From: the human T2T-CHM13v2.0 reference genome, Homo sapiens
Strand: one strand, 5' to 3'
Length of the DNA: 64,000 nt
NCBI RefSeq assembly: GCF_009914755.1
Contig: NC_060937.1
How positions within the stretch are numbered: the stretch's first letter is position 1; each line of letters starts with the position of its first letter. The translations under genes were made by a program, and so were the position numbers. The notes beneath the pieces are model-generated. The model ran no database searches. It was not told the DNA's origin and saw only the letters and a list, made by a program, of their open reading frames with translations. Shown here in pieces: positions 14,301 through 29,069 of this stretch.

Positions 14301-14847
14301 AACTTGTGTTAGGATGACTGCTAACTTCTCAGAACTGTCCCCTTCCCCAGAGAATGACCCTCTTCTGAATAGCAGATGTCTTACATGGGTCGGTATAACC
14401 CCACCCTGACGCAGGGGCAGTCTGAAGTCAGGGACAAATGGACATGTTTCTACAAAAGCTAGGCCTCTTGCCTCCAGGTGGACCAGCTCTGTGTGTCATT
14501 CTTCTCCAGAGTTCCCCAGAGGTCCAGGCTGAAGCTGAACTCCATCTCCCCATATATTTAGAAGGAGCATGCCCTGTGCAGTTTTGATTGCTCAGCAGCG
14601 TCTTCTATGTGCTGATCATGAAGTTCAATATTTTTGCATCTTAATTTTTGTTTGCTTGATTTGTAAGTTTCTGAAAAGTTTGTATTAAAATCCCCCTCTA
14701 TGACTGAGGGTTTATCTTTATTTATATTTCTGTCAGTCTTGCTTTATATGATGTGAGGCGATGTTACAAAGTGCATACAAATTTAAAATTGCTATATTTT
14801 CCCAATGTAATAAAACTTTGGCCATTCCAAAGTGACTTTATATCTGG

Positions 14848-15212
14848 TGATATGGTTTGGATTTGTGTTCCCGCCCAAATCTCGTGTCAAATTGGAGGAG
14901 GGGCCTGGTGGGAGGTGATTAGATTATGGCCGGAGATTTCCCCCTTGCTGTTCTCGTGACAGTGAGTTATCACGAGATTTGATGCTTTAAAAGTGTGTGG
15001 CACTTCCCCTTTCGCTCTGTCTCTCTCCTGCCACCATCCAAAGAAGGTGCGTGCTTCCTTTTCGCCTCCCACCATAATTGTAAGTTTCCCGAGGCTGCCC
15101 AATCATGTTTCCTGTTAAGCCTGCAGAAGTGTGAGTCAGTTAAACCTCTTTTCTTCATGAATTACCTAGTCTCAGGTAGTTCTTTATAGCAGTGTGAGAA
15201 TGAACTAATACA
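14848..15212 (+). mobile_element. MSTA (ERVL-MaLR) solo LTR
   Basis: tgatatggtttggatttgtgttcccgcccaaatctc...gcagtgtgagaatgaactaataca, with 5-bp TSD tctgg/cctgg. Confidence 0.92.
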
Positions 15213-15650
15213 CCTGGTAATGCTTTTTTCTTTAAAGTAATATTAGTGTAGCTGCCCCAGGTCTCTTCTGCTGTGTATTTTTCATCCTTTTTCACTTTCT
15301 ATTCTTTAAACTTCTTTTTTTCCCCTATGATTTAAACTTTAACATTTTATCTTTTTACTTTCAACCTTTCTGAATCCTAATTTTTGATATACTTCTGATT
15401 GTGCATGTTTGTCTTTTGATTTAGTATTTTGATCATTTATCTGCCCAGATTTCCATTTGAGAAAACCTGCTGGTGGCAAATAGTTCCTTTTTTGTTGTTT
15501 ATTTGATAATGTCGTTAATTACTAAGTCTTGAAAGATGAATTTGTCCTGATATAATAAATTCCTAGTGTAGTTTAGCATTTATATTATCTCAGCACATTG
15601 AATATAAAATACCACTTCAGCATCTTCTAACAAACTAACAAACGTTTCTA

Positions 15651-15938
<288 letters not shown>

Positions 15939-17351
15939 ACAAACGTTTCTATTTTTGAGAAGTCAGTGCTCAGTCTATATGTTTTTCTATTGATCTATCT
16001 TTTTATATGTGTGTATATATATATATTTACTCTTTGTGTTTGTTTTTCTGGAATTTCTCCATGATGGATTTATGTGTGGATGTCTTTTTATCTATTCTAG
16101 TTGAGATTTATTAGACTCGGAACTTATGGATTGGTATTAATTATTTCTTCTGCTTGTTCTCTCCTTCTGGGGCTCCAGTTTATGTACACTAGCCCATCAC
16201 GCTTTATCCTTCATGTCTATGGATCTGTATTTCCTTTGTTCCTTTATTATGTATTCTGAATAGTTCATCTGACCTGTTTTTCAGTTCACTTATACACCTT
16301 GCTGCATCTAAAAAGCTATTAAACCAGTCTTTTCAGTTATTAATTTCAAATATTTATTTAGTTTTTGAAATGCTATTTGATTTTTTATGTGGCTAGCTGT
16401 TTTTTTATTTCCTACAGATATTTTTAGGTTGCTCTTTATTGACTTGTGCTCTAAACATAATACAGTTATTTTATATTATATGTCTGGCAATTTCAAAGTC
16501 TAAATATTTTCTGGATCTGTTTTTGCAGTCTAATTTTTTCTGAAGATTCTTCATCATGGTGTCTAATTTTCTCTCTCTGTTGCTTATTTTTTCAACAAGT
16601 GGTCTCGAAAAATCTTTTACAAAATTTTTTGAGACTTAAGATGAAAATGGTTTCACTAGGGAGGATTTGTTTTAGCTTTTGTCAGACACCTAAAGACACC
16701 AACAGTCCATAGTACAAGGATGACCAAAATTCATGGCATGTGATTTTTTTTATCACCTGTGGGAAGGCATTTTGTCTAAAAATCTGTGCTAGTGCTTGCT
16801 CTTAGTTATAAATCCTTGGGGACAATGCTTCCTTATGCTCAGCTTCAAGGCAAATCTTGTCCTCTGTCTTCTCAAGTCTATGGAATCCAATGGAAGATTT
16901 ATAGCTTTTTCTTTTGCTATAAACAAAAGTTTTATTTAAACTGGATAGGCAAATTCCCTTATGGTAGAAATGCCTTCAACCTCTGCTTATATTCCAGTAT
17001 TCATTCTTGTTGCCTGCATTTCGCCTGATGATTGCTGACTGTCTTATCAGCTCTTGGATGCTTTTAGGAAGAATTAAAATTTTTAATATTTAGTCTAGCT
17101 TTTATAATTATATTTACCAGGAAGCTTAGCTAGAAAATCTAGACCACTTTTTCTCCAGAAACAGAAGTCACTGGACACTTCTTTGAATCTTTCACAAAAT
17201 ACTTGAGTAGATGTTTTCACCTCCTTGCTGCCACATGAACTATGGGGCATGCTTCTACCTTAGGGCCTTTGCACCTAGCCTTTCCTATAAAGTACTCTTC
17301 CCTCAGAAATCTTTTGAGCTCACTTGATCCTTCACTTGTTTGGGCTGTTTT

Positions 17352-17953
<602 letters not shown>

Positions 17954-17954
17954 T

Positions 17955-18255
17955 CCTTCGCTTCCTGTATATTAACTTCCCAGTCAAACCTTCACTGTCT
18001 ACCCCATCTAAAATGCCATCACCCCAATCCATATTTCTTATTTTTTCATTTAAAACAATCTTTACTCCTTAGTTCTTTTAGATACCCAACATTCTCTATA
18101 TTTTACTTATCTTGCCCATTGTCCACACCACTGAAATAGAAGGTTCATCAGGGCAGGGGTTTTGTTTGTTTCACCCATTTGCTCTATCCTTAACACCTAG
18201 AACAGTGCTTAGCACATACTAGGCATTTAAAAATATGTATTGAATGAATAATGGA
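17955..18255 (+). mobile_element. L2 LINE 3' end
   Basis: cctagaacagtgcttagcacatactaggcatttaaaaatatgtattgaatgaat is the typical L2 3' terminus. Confidence 0.75.
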
Positions 18256-20229
18256 ACAACTGCAGTCTTGGATCCTGTCTTTTAAGGACATAGACTAGTG
18301 TTTTAGAAATGCAGGACTGATGTAGCACAATTGAATTATTATGGAAATGTTGGAATAGCAAATTAGAATTACAGCTAAAAATAAATAAATTGCTAAACTT
18401 TGGGTCTGGCAAATAAGGGCATCTGTCAATAGTTTAAACAGGAGAGCAACCAATCATGCAAGTCAGTTGTAGAAGAGAGTGTACCTTGCACTGGAAGAAG
18501 AAAGCATAAACAGTACAAAGCATATTATTTCAGAGCATTTGTTCTCTACTCCCATAGTTTTACTTTTTAAAATTTAAAATATATGCTCTTTGAGAGTAGG
18601 GATTTCTGTCAGTTTAGTTCACTGCTATATTCTCTCCCTCAAAAGAGATCTTGTATATGCTGTGTGCAATAGTTACTTTTTGAATATGTGATATTATGAA
18701 TATTGACATTGATATTATTGTTGAGTAAATTAAATTATACATATGATTATGACATGAATATAGCCATAGCTTACTCAGCAAGTCTTTTAGTGAGATGGTC
18801 AATAGAAACCCATGATTCAACTGGATATCTTGATAGGCCACCTGGAATTAAGTCTTCAATGAACAATGTTTATAGAAAAGCGGATTTTGGTATCAAAGCA
18901 AAAGCTACTGCAGAAATAAGCATCTCTTTTGTACATAAGTCTCTGCCTATCTACCAGGGTAGTTTAGAGGTATTGCCTATAAGTCACTTGTAGCAAAAGG
19001 TATGCTCTGTGCATATATAGATGGAGCCACTAGTAGTCCAGCCTTTCTGTGAAGAAAACAGCACCCTCTATTATGGGGTGACTCAACACATATCAGGGAT
19101 TATGGCTTGGAGAAAATATAGCAAGGCCTGGATTTCAGCCCCATGCATTCCCTCAGCCAGGTGTCTGTGCAAAGCATGACTTGCACAATCCGATATAGTG
19201 AGCTCATGTGTGGATGGCTTTCCAGAATGTTAGTTTGCATGTCTACTAGCGGTGCACCGTGAGCCTGCCTCACCCATCCTCTTCAGTGTTATAGTCTATA
19301 GTCTTTCCAGTTGAAATGATGAAAAATCATATCTCATTGTTTTGTTATTTTACCTTTTCTTGCTTACCTGGTGAGTTTGACTTTTGAACTACATTTTTAT
19401 GTATTTCTTGTTTTTATGACCTTTTTCTACAATTTGCTTATTTTGTTGGAAAACTAACATTTTATTATCAATTTATAAAATTTGATAAGATATATGTTGC
19501 TATATATATGTGTGAATGTGTACGCATTTATACATATACACGAATTATGTATATGAAGACATATATCTTGCTATTATTTTGCCAAGCTTATTATAATACA
19601 TAGAAGAATATACTTTTTCTCTTCAGTGGTTCTAACAGTTGTAGACTTTTAGTGAAAAACTGTGTTCAAAGTCTTAAATTAGGAATTGTTAATAATTTTT
19701 TTCATAAATTTTATAAATATTTCTCCCATTTAGTATAGGTTTTACTTTTTTTGTGATGTATCAAAAGTTCAGTAAACTCTGTTAGCCTTTTCCTTTGTGG
19801 TTTTTCCCTTTGTTTTTATGCTATTAACATGTATCAATATATTTATATTTATAAATCTATATCTAGCTTTGTTCCATTTAGAATTTAGTTAGAGTTTGGT
19901 ATCAACTGAAGACTTAGGTCATTTTATTTTGAAAAAAATAGCTGTCCAAATATTTCATCATAACCATTAATGTTTACTGTATTTAGAATATAAGGTTCAA
20001 TTTTGATTTATCTTTTCTGTGATATGATGTAAATGTTAACTCTTGCACAAAATTTATTCCATTTTTAGTATCTTCCCCATAAAATGCACTTAAATAGTTA
20101 AAAGAAAAAGTCTTATTTGCCAACTGCCACTATTACAGTTCTTTTCTATTATGTATTAGTCATATTGTAATTATTTCTGCAAATTAATTTTGGAAAACCA
20201 TTTTATGCCATCCACAAAAGTAACATGTT

Positions 20230-21344
20230 AAGATTTTTAGTGACATTTCATTAAGCATTTGAGTTACCCTGTGAGTAACTGACATCTTTGTTATTGTCTA
20301 GGAAGATGGCATAGCCCTTTTCATTGAGTTCTAATTTGATAGTTCGCATTAAATTTATGTATTTTCTCTTATAAAGGCTCCATACATTTCATGCAGAAGT
20401 CATTCTTAAAAGTTTTAAATATTTGGGTAACCATTGGCTCTGTGATTTTCCCTATTTATATCCAAATTTGTTATTGCTTTACGTAGATAAAATATCTAGT
20501 TTTGTACGTTTATCTTGTATTTGGCTACATTTCTGAACTCTTAAGAATTCTAAAAGTATTTAGTTCCTTCTGGATTCATGTATGTTGCTATTACTTTGCC
20601 AAGCTTCATGTGAGGCATAAAAGAAGATACACTTTCTTTTCTCTTGAATGGTTTTAACATTGGTCTACCTCTAATGAAAAACTATTTCCCAGACCATAGG
20701 CTTGCCTGAGGTTTGCATGAACCTGGGGATGTGGAATGATTGGCAGAAACCATATTAACCAGCTTCATATCCATTATAATTTCAACCAATGAGTACCACA
20801 GAGTGAGTTATGGTGAATCATTTCCACAGAAGAAATTTCCTGAGAGATTTCAATCCTGTTATATATAAAAATTGTCAGAAGTAAACAGCACTAGGTCAAA
20901 AAAGTTTTCAACTTATGTCAGCTCTTTTAGCGCATACATGAGACGTATTTTGTTCATTTCTGTATCCCTAGAACCTAGAACAGGACTAGAAAATAGTAGA
21001 ATTCAACATCTATTTCTTTATTGCTGTTGAATATAAATTTGGAGAAGTCAAATTGCCTATAGGAGAAAAATAACCTGATACTGACAAATCTATAGGCTTT
21101 GGAGTGTCTGCAGCGTCTACTAGTGTGTATTTAGAGGGAATTTTTGATAAGACTCAAGATTTTGAGTGGCATTTTATTAAGCATTTGAATTACTTTGTAA
21201 CTGACATCTTTGTTATTGTCTACAAGAATGGCATAGCCCTTTTCATTGAAGTCTAATTTGATAGTTTGCATTATATTGATGTATTTTCTCTTATATGGGT
21301 TTCATACATTTCACGCAGAAGTCATTCTTAAAGAGTTTTGAATA
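20230..21344 (+). repeat. Dispersed direct repeat of about 190 bp (20230-20421 and 21156-21344)
   Basis: Manual alignment gives about 21 substitutions and 2 indels. Shared blocks include aactgacatctttgttattgtcta, atggcatagcccttttcattga and gcagaagtcattcttaaa. Confidence 0.93.
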
Positions 21345-21386
21345 AGACTCTTATCCAAAATTCCCTCTAAAAACACGTTAGTAGAC
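21115..21386. repeat. 38-bp inverted repeat (arms 21115-21152 and 21349-21386)
   Basis: gtctactagtgtgtatttagagggaatttttgataaga versus tcttatccaaaattccctctaaaaacacgttagtagac: 34/38 complementary. Confidence 0.93.
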
Positions 21387-21897
21387 ATTGGTGGTTGTCT
21401 GACCAATTAGTTCTCTCTCCCCTTGGCCATGTGCTCAGGGCAAGGGCCAATCACCAACTCAAATGAACAGCCATGTTAATGCTGTTTCCGCCTTCAGTAA
21501 TTGTGTTAGGCATAGGCATATGACATAATTTTGTTCAACAAGGCTTGTGAGGTAGAGGGATCAGACCTTCTGAGAAAGATCTTTTTCATTCTTAAAAAGG
21601 AACGTTAAGTCAGAGACATGCTTTACTTCCCAGAGGATATTCTGAGTGAGTTTTATGAGTTGGTGAGGTTTAGACTGGACACAGCCATCTGGTAACCATG
21701 AAGGGACAAGTCTGAGACCAGAGCCAACAGCCTGAGGATGAGGGGCAAACACAGAGGAAGAATCTGGGCCCCATGAGGTCAACAGTGAGCTGCTAAAATT
21801 AACCTGAAATTTCCCTGCTGGGAGACATTGTGTTGTCAAATAGTTTTATACCATCTTTTACTAGGTTTTCAATTACCAGCAGTTGGATGCACCCTGT
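21378..21897 (+). mobile_element. Ancient ERVL-type LTR (LTR33/LTR16-like)
   Basis: The motifs gtagacattggtggttgtctgacc, cagccatctggtaaccatgaagggacaag and gttttcaattaccagcagttggatgcacc resemble old ERVL LTRs. Subfamily uncertain. Confidence 0.45.
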
Positions 21898-22039
21898 GAT
21901 CCAATGGATACAAATGAGATTTAGAAGTGCACTTTAACTTAAATAAAATAAATAGCCTTGTCTAATGTATTAACGAGAAAGACATTTTTGTCTTATTTAT
22001 ATGTCTTATGTTCTTTGAAATGAAATAAATGACCATATA

Positions 22040-23560
22040 TGCTTGTAAAGAGAGGGAGTCTACAGATATTTGGAGAAAGGACATTCTGGGTGGAGAGAAC
22101 ACAGAGTGCAAAGGACTTGAAGTTAAAGTGCATCCAGCAGTCTCAAGGAAGAGTAAAGGGGTCCATGTGAGTGGAATAAGGTGAGCAAGGGAGAGAGGAG
22201 CAGGAGATGGGGCGCAGAGATAAGCAGGTGAGGTACAGGTCATGGAATGGCTGTAGGTCATTCAAAAAACTTTTTTTTTTTATATTTCCCCAAGAAATGA
22301 AAAGATTTTCAGCAAAAGAGCACAGTGGTCTAATAATGGCTTAAGAATCATTCTGGCTAAGTTGTCTAAGGGGAATAAGGGCAGAAGCAGGGAGACCTGA
22401 TTAGCTGTCTCCCGCTATTCGGGCAAGAGCAGATGTTGAGTTGGAGTGGGAGCGGTGGGGATGGTGAGATGTGTGCTGATGCAAAATCATTTCCAAAGGA
22501 TCTGACAGGAATCACTGAAGGATAGAGTGTGGGCAATGAGAGAGAACGTGGACTGTGAGGAGTCAAAGATCACCCTGAGGTTTTAGGCCTGAGCCTCTAG
22601 AAAAATGAAGTTATGATTTATTTAGATGGGGAGGGGTGTAGGAGGAGCAGGTTTAGATGTGGGGTAAGGGAAAAACAAGAGCTTGGTTTTGACATGTGAA
22701 ACTTTGGATGCCTGTTAGATCTCCAAGAGAAGACTCTGAGTAGCATTTGTAATATAGACATATCACAAAAGATAGAAGTATGTATGTATATACACATGTG
22801 TGTACATACATATATATATGAATATATCATTTATAGAAATAGTCATATAGGAGTGTATGTGAGTTATAAATCTGGTAGTCTTCAGCATAGAGATGGTGTT
22901 TAAATCCTAGAAACTGGATAAAATCACCTAGGAAATCTCTTTTCTATATAGAAATATAGAAGTGGTCCACAGTCAAGCATAGGGCATACAATAGTTTCAA
23001 GGCCAAGGAGATGTGAATGGAGACACTCTGCATAAACAACTCCTTAAAGGAGTTTTGCTGTAAATGGAAAGATAGAAATGATGTGACAATTGAAGAAGGA
23101 AGTACATCAAAGAATTTTTTTTTTTTTGTACAGTTGGGAGACATAACAGTACACTTTATGCTGAACTGGTGGACAGGCAAGACATGATAATGCAAAGACT
23201 GGTGAATAAAGAAAGCATTGCCCTTGTGGAGAGGAGTGGGATAGGATCCAGTGGACAAAGGAGGGCTGGCCTGCACTAGAAGGCAGGTGATTCATCCACT
23301 CATTCACACTAGCAGAAAAGAAGGCAGAGTGCAAGGTCCTAAAGGCAGGGAGTGGGTAGTTAGCTGACACAAGCTTATGAAAATTTCTTCTAATTGATTT
23401 TATTTTATGTCAGTAAAATAGGAAGAAACTCATTAAGTGAAGGTGAAGATTGAAAAAAGATGTGTTGGAGGTTTGGGGAAAAGAAAGTTATGCATTAGTC
23501 AACTAGAAGAATGTAGGAGAAGCTGGATTGGACTGTGGGTGATTGCTAGAAATATTAAGA
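22040..23560 (-). mobile_element. L2 LINE fragments
   Basis: Purine-rich antisense L2 motifs (cagagtgcaaagg, gagtcaaagatcaccctgaggttttaggcctgagc, ttttgacatgtgaaactttggatgcctgttaga). Confidence 0.75.
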
Positions 23561-23566
23561 AACCAC

Positions 23567-23725
23567 GAAGGAGAGCATCAGGATAAATAGCTAATGCACA
23601 TGGGACTTAATACCTAGGTGATGGGTTGATAGGTGCAGCAAACCACCATGGCACACGTTCACCTAGGTAACAAACCTGCACGTCCTGCACATGTATCCCG
23701 GAACTTAAAATAAAATATTAAAAAA
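23567..23725 (+). mobile_element. Short L1PA 3' end (5'-truncated)
   Basis: aatacctaggtgatgggttgataggtgcagcaaaccaccatggcacacg...aacctgcacgtcctgcacatgtatcccggaacttaaaataaaa. Confidence 0.92.
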
Positions 23726-26700
23726 GAACCCACTGGAAAGAATAGATCATGAAGTTAAAGCGAGATATGTACATTTTTGTCCTAGCCTTGCTCAGTTATG
23801 TGAGTGAATGTGATGATAATGCAGTCTGCTCTTGTCAGGATTGTGGTTTGGCCTGGAGAGTAATACAAAAATCTTCAAGTCCAGTGCCACTGTGGCAATG
23901 TCTCCTGTGGCTGTGTTTCCCTTAAGAAGTTTAAGTCAGATTCATGTGAGTTTCTCAAGTCATTGTATCTTGTGTGCTAGCATAGAGCTTTCAGAACTCA
24001 TCAGCCCTTCTGCTCATGAAAGATACCTATCCTCAGAGAAAAGATGAAAAATGAAGAGATGTATCATCAAGGGAATAAATGAGCCATTTGGAACCACATC
24101 AAGTAAATAAAATATTTCTCTAAGAAATATGCATTGTGGTTTATCACCAAAACCATTGAACCTCATTAACCTCAGTGATAACGTACACAATTGGTTTTGA
24201 GATGTTTACAGCTGGACTCTACCAAAACATAAGACTATTAGAGAGTAAAAGATATGGGAAATATATTCATTGGCTGGATACATTATTCTACATTAATATT
24301 TTCCAAAGGATTAATTTGGCCTCATCTTGGTTCAATACTGTCTTTTATGGTAATATATCTTCTTATTTAGATTTTGAGGCTCTGAAAAAGAGGGCCTTAT
24401 AAGGCTTCACATAGTCTTTTTTTCTGTGTCTTGTACTTTTGTTTTTTTTTAACCCAGTTAGGAGCTAAATCAGTATTTGCTTAATGAATTAACTACCAAT
24501 TAATTCACAAATTCAGTTGTTCAAGTTTTAAGTGCTTTGTATGAATAATGGTCCCTTTGATGCAATGGATATTTTTAGGGAGACAGTCAAATATTTTTAT
24601 ATTAGGAACTAAAAATTTTCCATTCCCTGACCAGAAATCAATCTCAAAACACGGCCATGATAATGTCTAATTATGAAACCACCAGGGAACCAAAGCTTCC
24701 TATTTTAGTGTGAAAATAAAATAGAGGATGATGTTGAATAAGTATGTCCTCATTAGCCTTCAAAACATTCTCACATTGTTGGACTGGAAAAACCCTAAGA
24801 GGCTGTTGGCTTTATCATCTACTTCCAGGCAGGATGATAACTAAATCATACCGAAAATATTGTTGCCTTTCTTAAATAAAAATCTTCAGTGAAAACTATT
24901 TTATAAAAATGTTTTAGTTATAAATTTTCATGATGCTGTATAACAAATTAAAAATTACAGACATGATCTGATTTTTATGTTTTTATCACATCAAACAATT
25001 GGTGTAATAAATCTTCGTAACTAAATTTTTGGACTCAAATAATGGTTTTCTTATTTGATATTTCATCATTGTTTAAATTTCCCAGAAGCAGGCTCTGAGA
25101 TGAATATTTGTGTGCAATTTTAAAACAAGTGCTCCCAGGGGAGACTGACATCGAAGTAGAAGGAGGACAGGAGGTAGAAAAGATAACTGTTCAGTCTTAG
25201 GCAGAAGACCCACAGGGACCGGAACTTAGCATGATTATGTTTGGGGATTCTAAATTATAACTTACACCTCAGAGTTGTCTAAACCTAAGGCAGATTTGCA
25301 GTTTTTCACCCAACAGTCATTAGTTAATAGCTTTAGGAGGGTAAATAAGGAGGGGGGAATAAAAATAAACATTTAGGCACTTCTGACTCTGCATTTGTTG
25401 ACAAAGTGGCTCGATAGTCTGAGGGCAGTGACCTGAAGTTCTACAGGAGCTGGCGCATCCCACCTATACCAACAGAAGTTGCGAATCTCGGGGAACCTGG
25501 ACAAGGCAGCAGCCATGTCTGCTACCCATGGCAGGTGCCTTCAAGATGCTGAGAAAATACAGCCAACACATATAAAGCAGTTACAGTGCAGTGCAAAAAT
25601 TAATTAACTAGTTGTCATTGTAAGTTCAACATAAATTGAGACTGTGAAGATTATCCATATGGGCTGAAAGACACTGATCAGACATTGAACTAAACAGGTC
25701 TTTAAAAATGTGAAAGATTTAAGTACATGGAGAAGTAAGGGCATTTCAAGTAGATGCAAAAGCAAGATTTTTGAAGATCAAGAAACAAGTGTTGAGGTGG
25801 AATTAGGAGTACACAAGGTTTGCTGGGAAAAGGAAGAAGCAAGATTGGGCAGGGGGAGCCATCAGACTTCTGTGCTGACCTGACATTGCCTCTGTGCCAG
25901 CCCTGTGGGAGGCCCTTGATCCATGATTGCCCTAAGATTATACTACATTTGGCTCAAGTGGCTGGACTCTCAGATCACTGCTTTGTACAGCCAGAGACAG
26001 ACCATCCTGAGAATATCGTGACCTTGGTTCACACCTGTTTTTGAAGGGGTGAACAGCTGGTGGCGTTCAGCCTACCCTACTCCTCCCAGCTGGTTAACAA
26101 GTACTTTTCTGAAGGGAATTCTACACTATATAGCTTTATTTTTGTTCTTATGGCTAAGTGCAAAATGTCAGAAATTATGAATGCTTGTGAGACAATATCA
26201 GACTATTTGTAATGGAATAGAAACCACCTTGGTAATCATAAGAAATATTACAGATTGTGAGAAATATTCCTCGGGTCTGTGCTGCTTGTATTTCTCATCG
26301 TCTTGCAAACCTGGTGTCAGTCTTGATAGTACTTAATAGATGTACACTGAATTTTTTTTTTTGAATAACTGAATGAGTCTAGGCACGTACTTGTTGCTAT
26401 GGGAAGGGTATGGGGATGATCCAGTGTTCCAGCTGAATCAAAGAAAACCGAGTTACCTGAGAACATGTGGCAGGGAAGGAGAAAGAAGTAACTGAAGTGG
26501 AAAACAGATGGGTGCAGAATAAATTTTACCATCTTTATTCTTTGAACTAAGGCTAATTCTGTTCCAAAAGAAGCAATTGACTGTAAGCACAATGCTTTCT
26601 CTATAATCTACTAGCATGATTATCTTGCTTTGTATGCCTGACTTTTGCAAGCATCGTGTTTCCACCTCATGAAGTTGTTGTATGAGTTAAACAAGATAAA

Positions 26701-27220
26701 ATATCACATCTTGTTTATTCCAAGAGGCAATTATTTTGTTCACATTTTTGACAAATTTGAAATTGGATCAATAGCAATGAATGGCATTTTGCGATCTCTA
26801 TTGGTAAGTCATGATGATGCACAAACATCCAAAGCTCTGACTTTGAAATCTGCAAAACTGGTGTCAGGAACTTGCAAGAAAATTCTGAGATAGTAGCAGA
26901 GCAAGTGAGTTGTGTTGAGCACGAGTGGGCCATGGTGACTCAACTGAGTTCAGAAAACTTCTAGAAGTTGGAATAAAAAATCGGGCAGCTATAGAAATAT
27001 ACAAAGAGCTCAGCACCAAAGGGATTTGGCTTCTTTCATAGGTTGTATTAAGTAAAACTGCATCACCTGCACTTAAGGACAATATATAATCAGAGGGTGA
27101 TATATTGTATGAAAAACACAGTCATACGATTCCAAGTTGAAAAGTGAATAGTTGGACTCTCCAAAGGAGTTTTAGGAATATCTCAATTTGTTTCACCTGT
27201 GTTTTCTTTTTATTTCTATA

Positions 27221-27562
27221 TAATAATATGCCAATATAATGATGTTTTGGTAAACAAGGAACCACATATATGATAGGGATCCCATTAAGGTTATAAAGCC
27301 ATATTTTTACTGTTTCTTTTCTATGTTTACATATGTTTAGATATACAGATACTTACTATTGTGTTACAGTTGTCTTCAGCATTCAGTACAGTAATGTCCC
27401 ATACAGATTTGCAGCCTGGAGGAAATAGGCTATACCATACAGCCCAGGTGCGTGGTAGGCTATCAGGGTGTGTATGTACACTCTGTGATGCTCACACAGT
27501 GATGAAATTGCCTAGTGATGCACTTCTCAGGGAAGACCCTGTTGTTAAGCAATGTAGAACTG
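27221..27562 (+). mobile_element. Tigger3a/MER7A non-autonomous DNA transposon
   Basis: Matches the recalled consensus (tttctatgttt..atatgtttagat, attcagtacagtaa, aataggctataccata, gttaagc..actg) with TA flanks. Confidence 0.88.
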
Positions 27563-29069
27563 TAATAGGGAGATATGACAAAAAATATACTTCTAAATAA
27601 GCCTAAAATATCTCTTTCAATAAATATAAAATTAAAATCTAACTGATAAGAGCCTGTGTCATAGTTTAGTTTGCCACATTTTTTTCTTTTACAGTGGTAC
27701 ATAAAATGATGAAAAATCTCTCAATGGATGGTTGTATTTGATAAACTATGGCATGGAAAGTAATTCATACATCATAAGTTCTCAATGAAAGTGAATGGAC
27801 TGGATTTTTTTTATTAGTTGTTGCTTACCAATCTTAAAGAACTTAGGTAAGCCATTATAAAGAATTTCTTAGAATAACAAACACAATAAAAATAAAAATA
27901 TAGAAGATAAACCATCCAGTTAATATCTTCTTGTTCCATAGTATAGGTTTCTCATTAACAGAAAGAAGTATACGCTGTTTTCTTCTGCTTTTATATCCAA
28001 TCAATTATAAATAGACGTAGGAAGACAGTTAATTTAAAACATGACAATTAAAAAACAATGAACTGCATTTTCTTTCCATTGTATTAAATAGTCTTTCAGT
28101 ACACCAGGACACTTCTAAGAATATTTAGGTTTTCAATAACTATTTAATGTGAAGCTTCATTTGACTCTACAATGCCAAACTGACTGATTTAGGGGCTAAA
28201 GTAACTGAAGGAACAAGTTGCTTGACCATTTCAACCAGAGCTTGAAAGGCAAGTGTAATTTATTGTGTTGCCTGGTCAAGAGGAAGGCAGAAGGTGATAG
28301 GAGAAGTGGTAATCGACTGGGCTACCCACAGAGGAGGTAACAAGCTGCTGGCTTTATCATTCAATACTTTTCTCACTCAAGCTACTTTTTTTTTTTTTTT
28401 TTTTTTTGGTTACTGGTCTTATTTACCCCTTCTTTATTCCATAAAGAAATTCATATCTTACTGTTAGTAATTGATCTAGATTATTATATCAAATAAAAAT
28501 TTCTATGACTAAATTTCATTTTCTGTTTATGAAAATGAAAAAGTTTTGTGGACAATTTTCATCACAATAAGGCAGTGTTTATGGCAATTTGGTCAAAGAA
28601 ATTACATCAAAATCCATATAATGTCAGTTTTATAAATTGAATATTATTATGGGAAAATGCTTGAGCTCTCATATGGGCTTTTATACTGTGATTATTATTC
28701 CCATAACACGTTTTAGTGTCTTACACAACTCAGGACAGAGTCTCTTGACCCTGGCGCTAGCACACAACCTCATGAGCTTCTCTCTTCACCTATGGAACCT
28801 GTATTTAGTTTGTTGCCTGTGGTTCCCGAGTGTAGCTCTAGTGGACCAGGCTGTGTAGTAGGAAAGGTCTTGGCACAGAGTTCAGATCAAAATACACATA
28901 AATGAAATATATTTTTAACTTCTGGAAACTTATGCTATATAAAATAGCTCTATATGAATACCTATTAGCAGAAGACTCATACTTGTTTTCATCATTTCCA
29001 ACTCTGATATGTATGTAGGATATATATATATTTTTTATTAATCTATTGTATATAATATATAAATAAAGC

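Noticed and set aside
26806-26843. Box C (ATGATGA) and box D (CTGA) with a short aag/ctt stem, snoRNA-like
   Set aside because: Only about 38 nt between termini, a 3-bp stem, an intergenic location and no evident rRNA guide.
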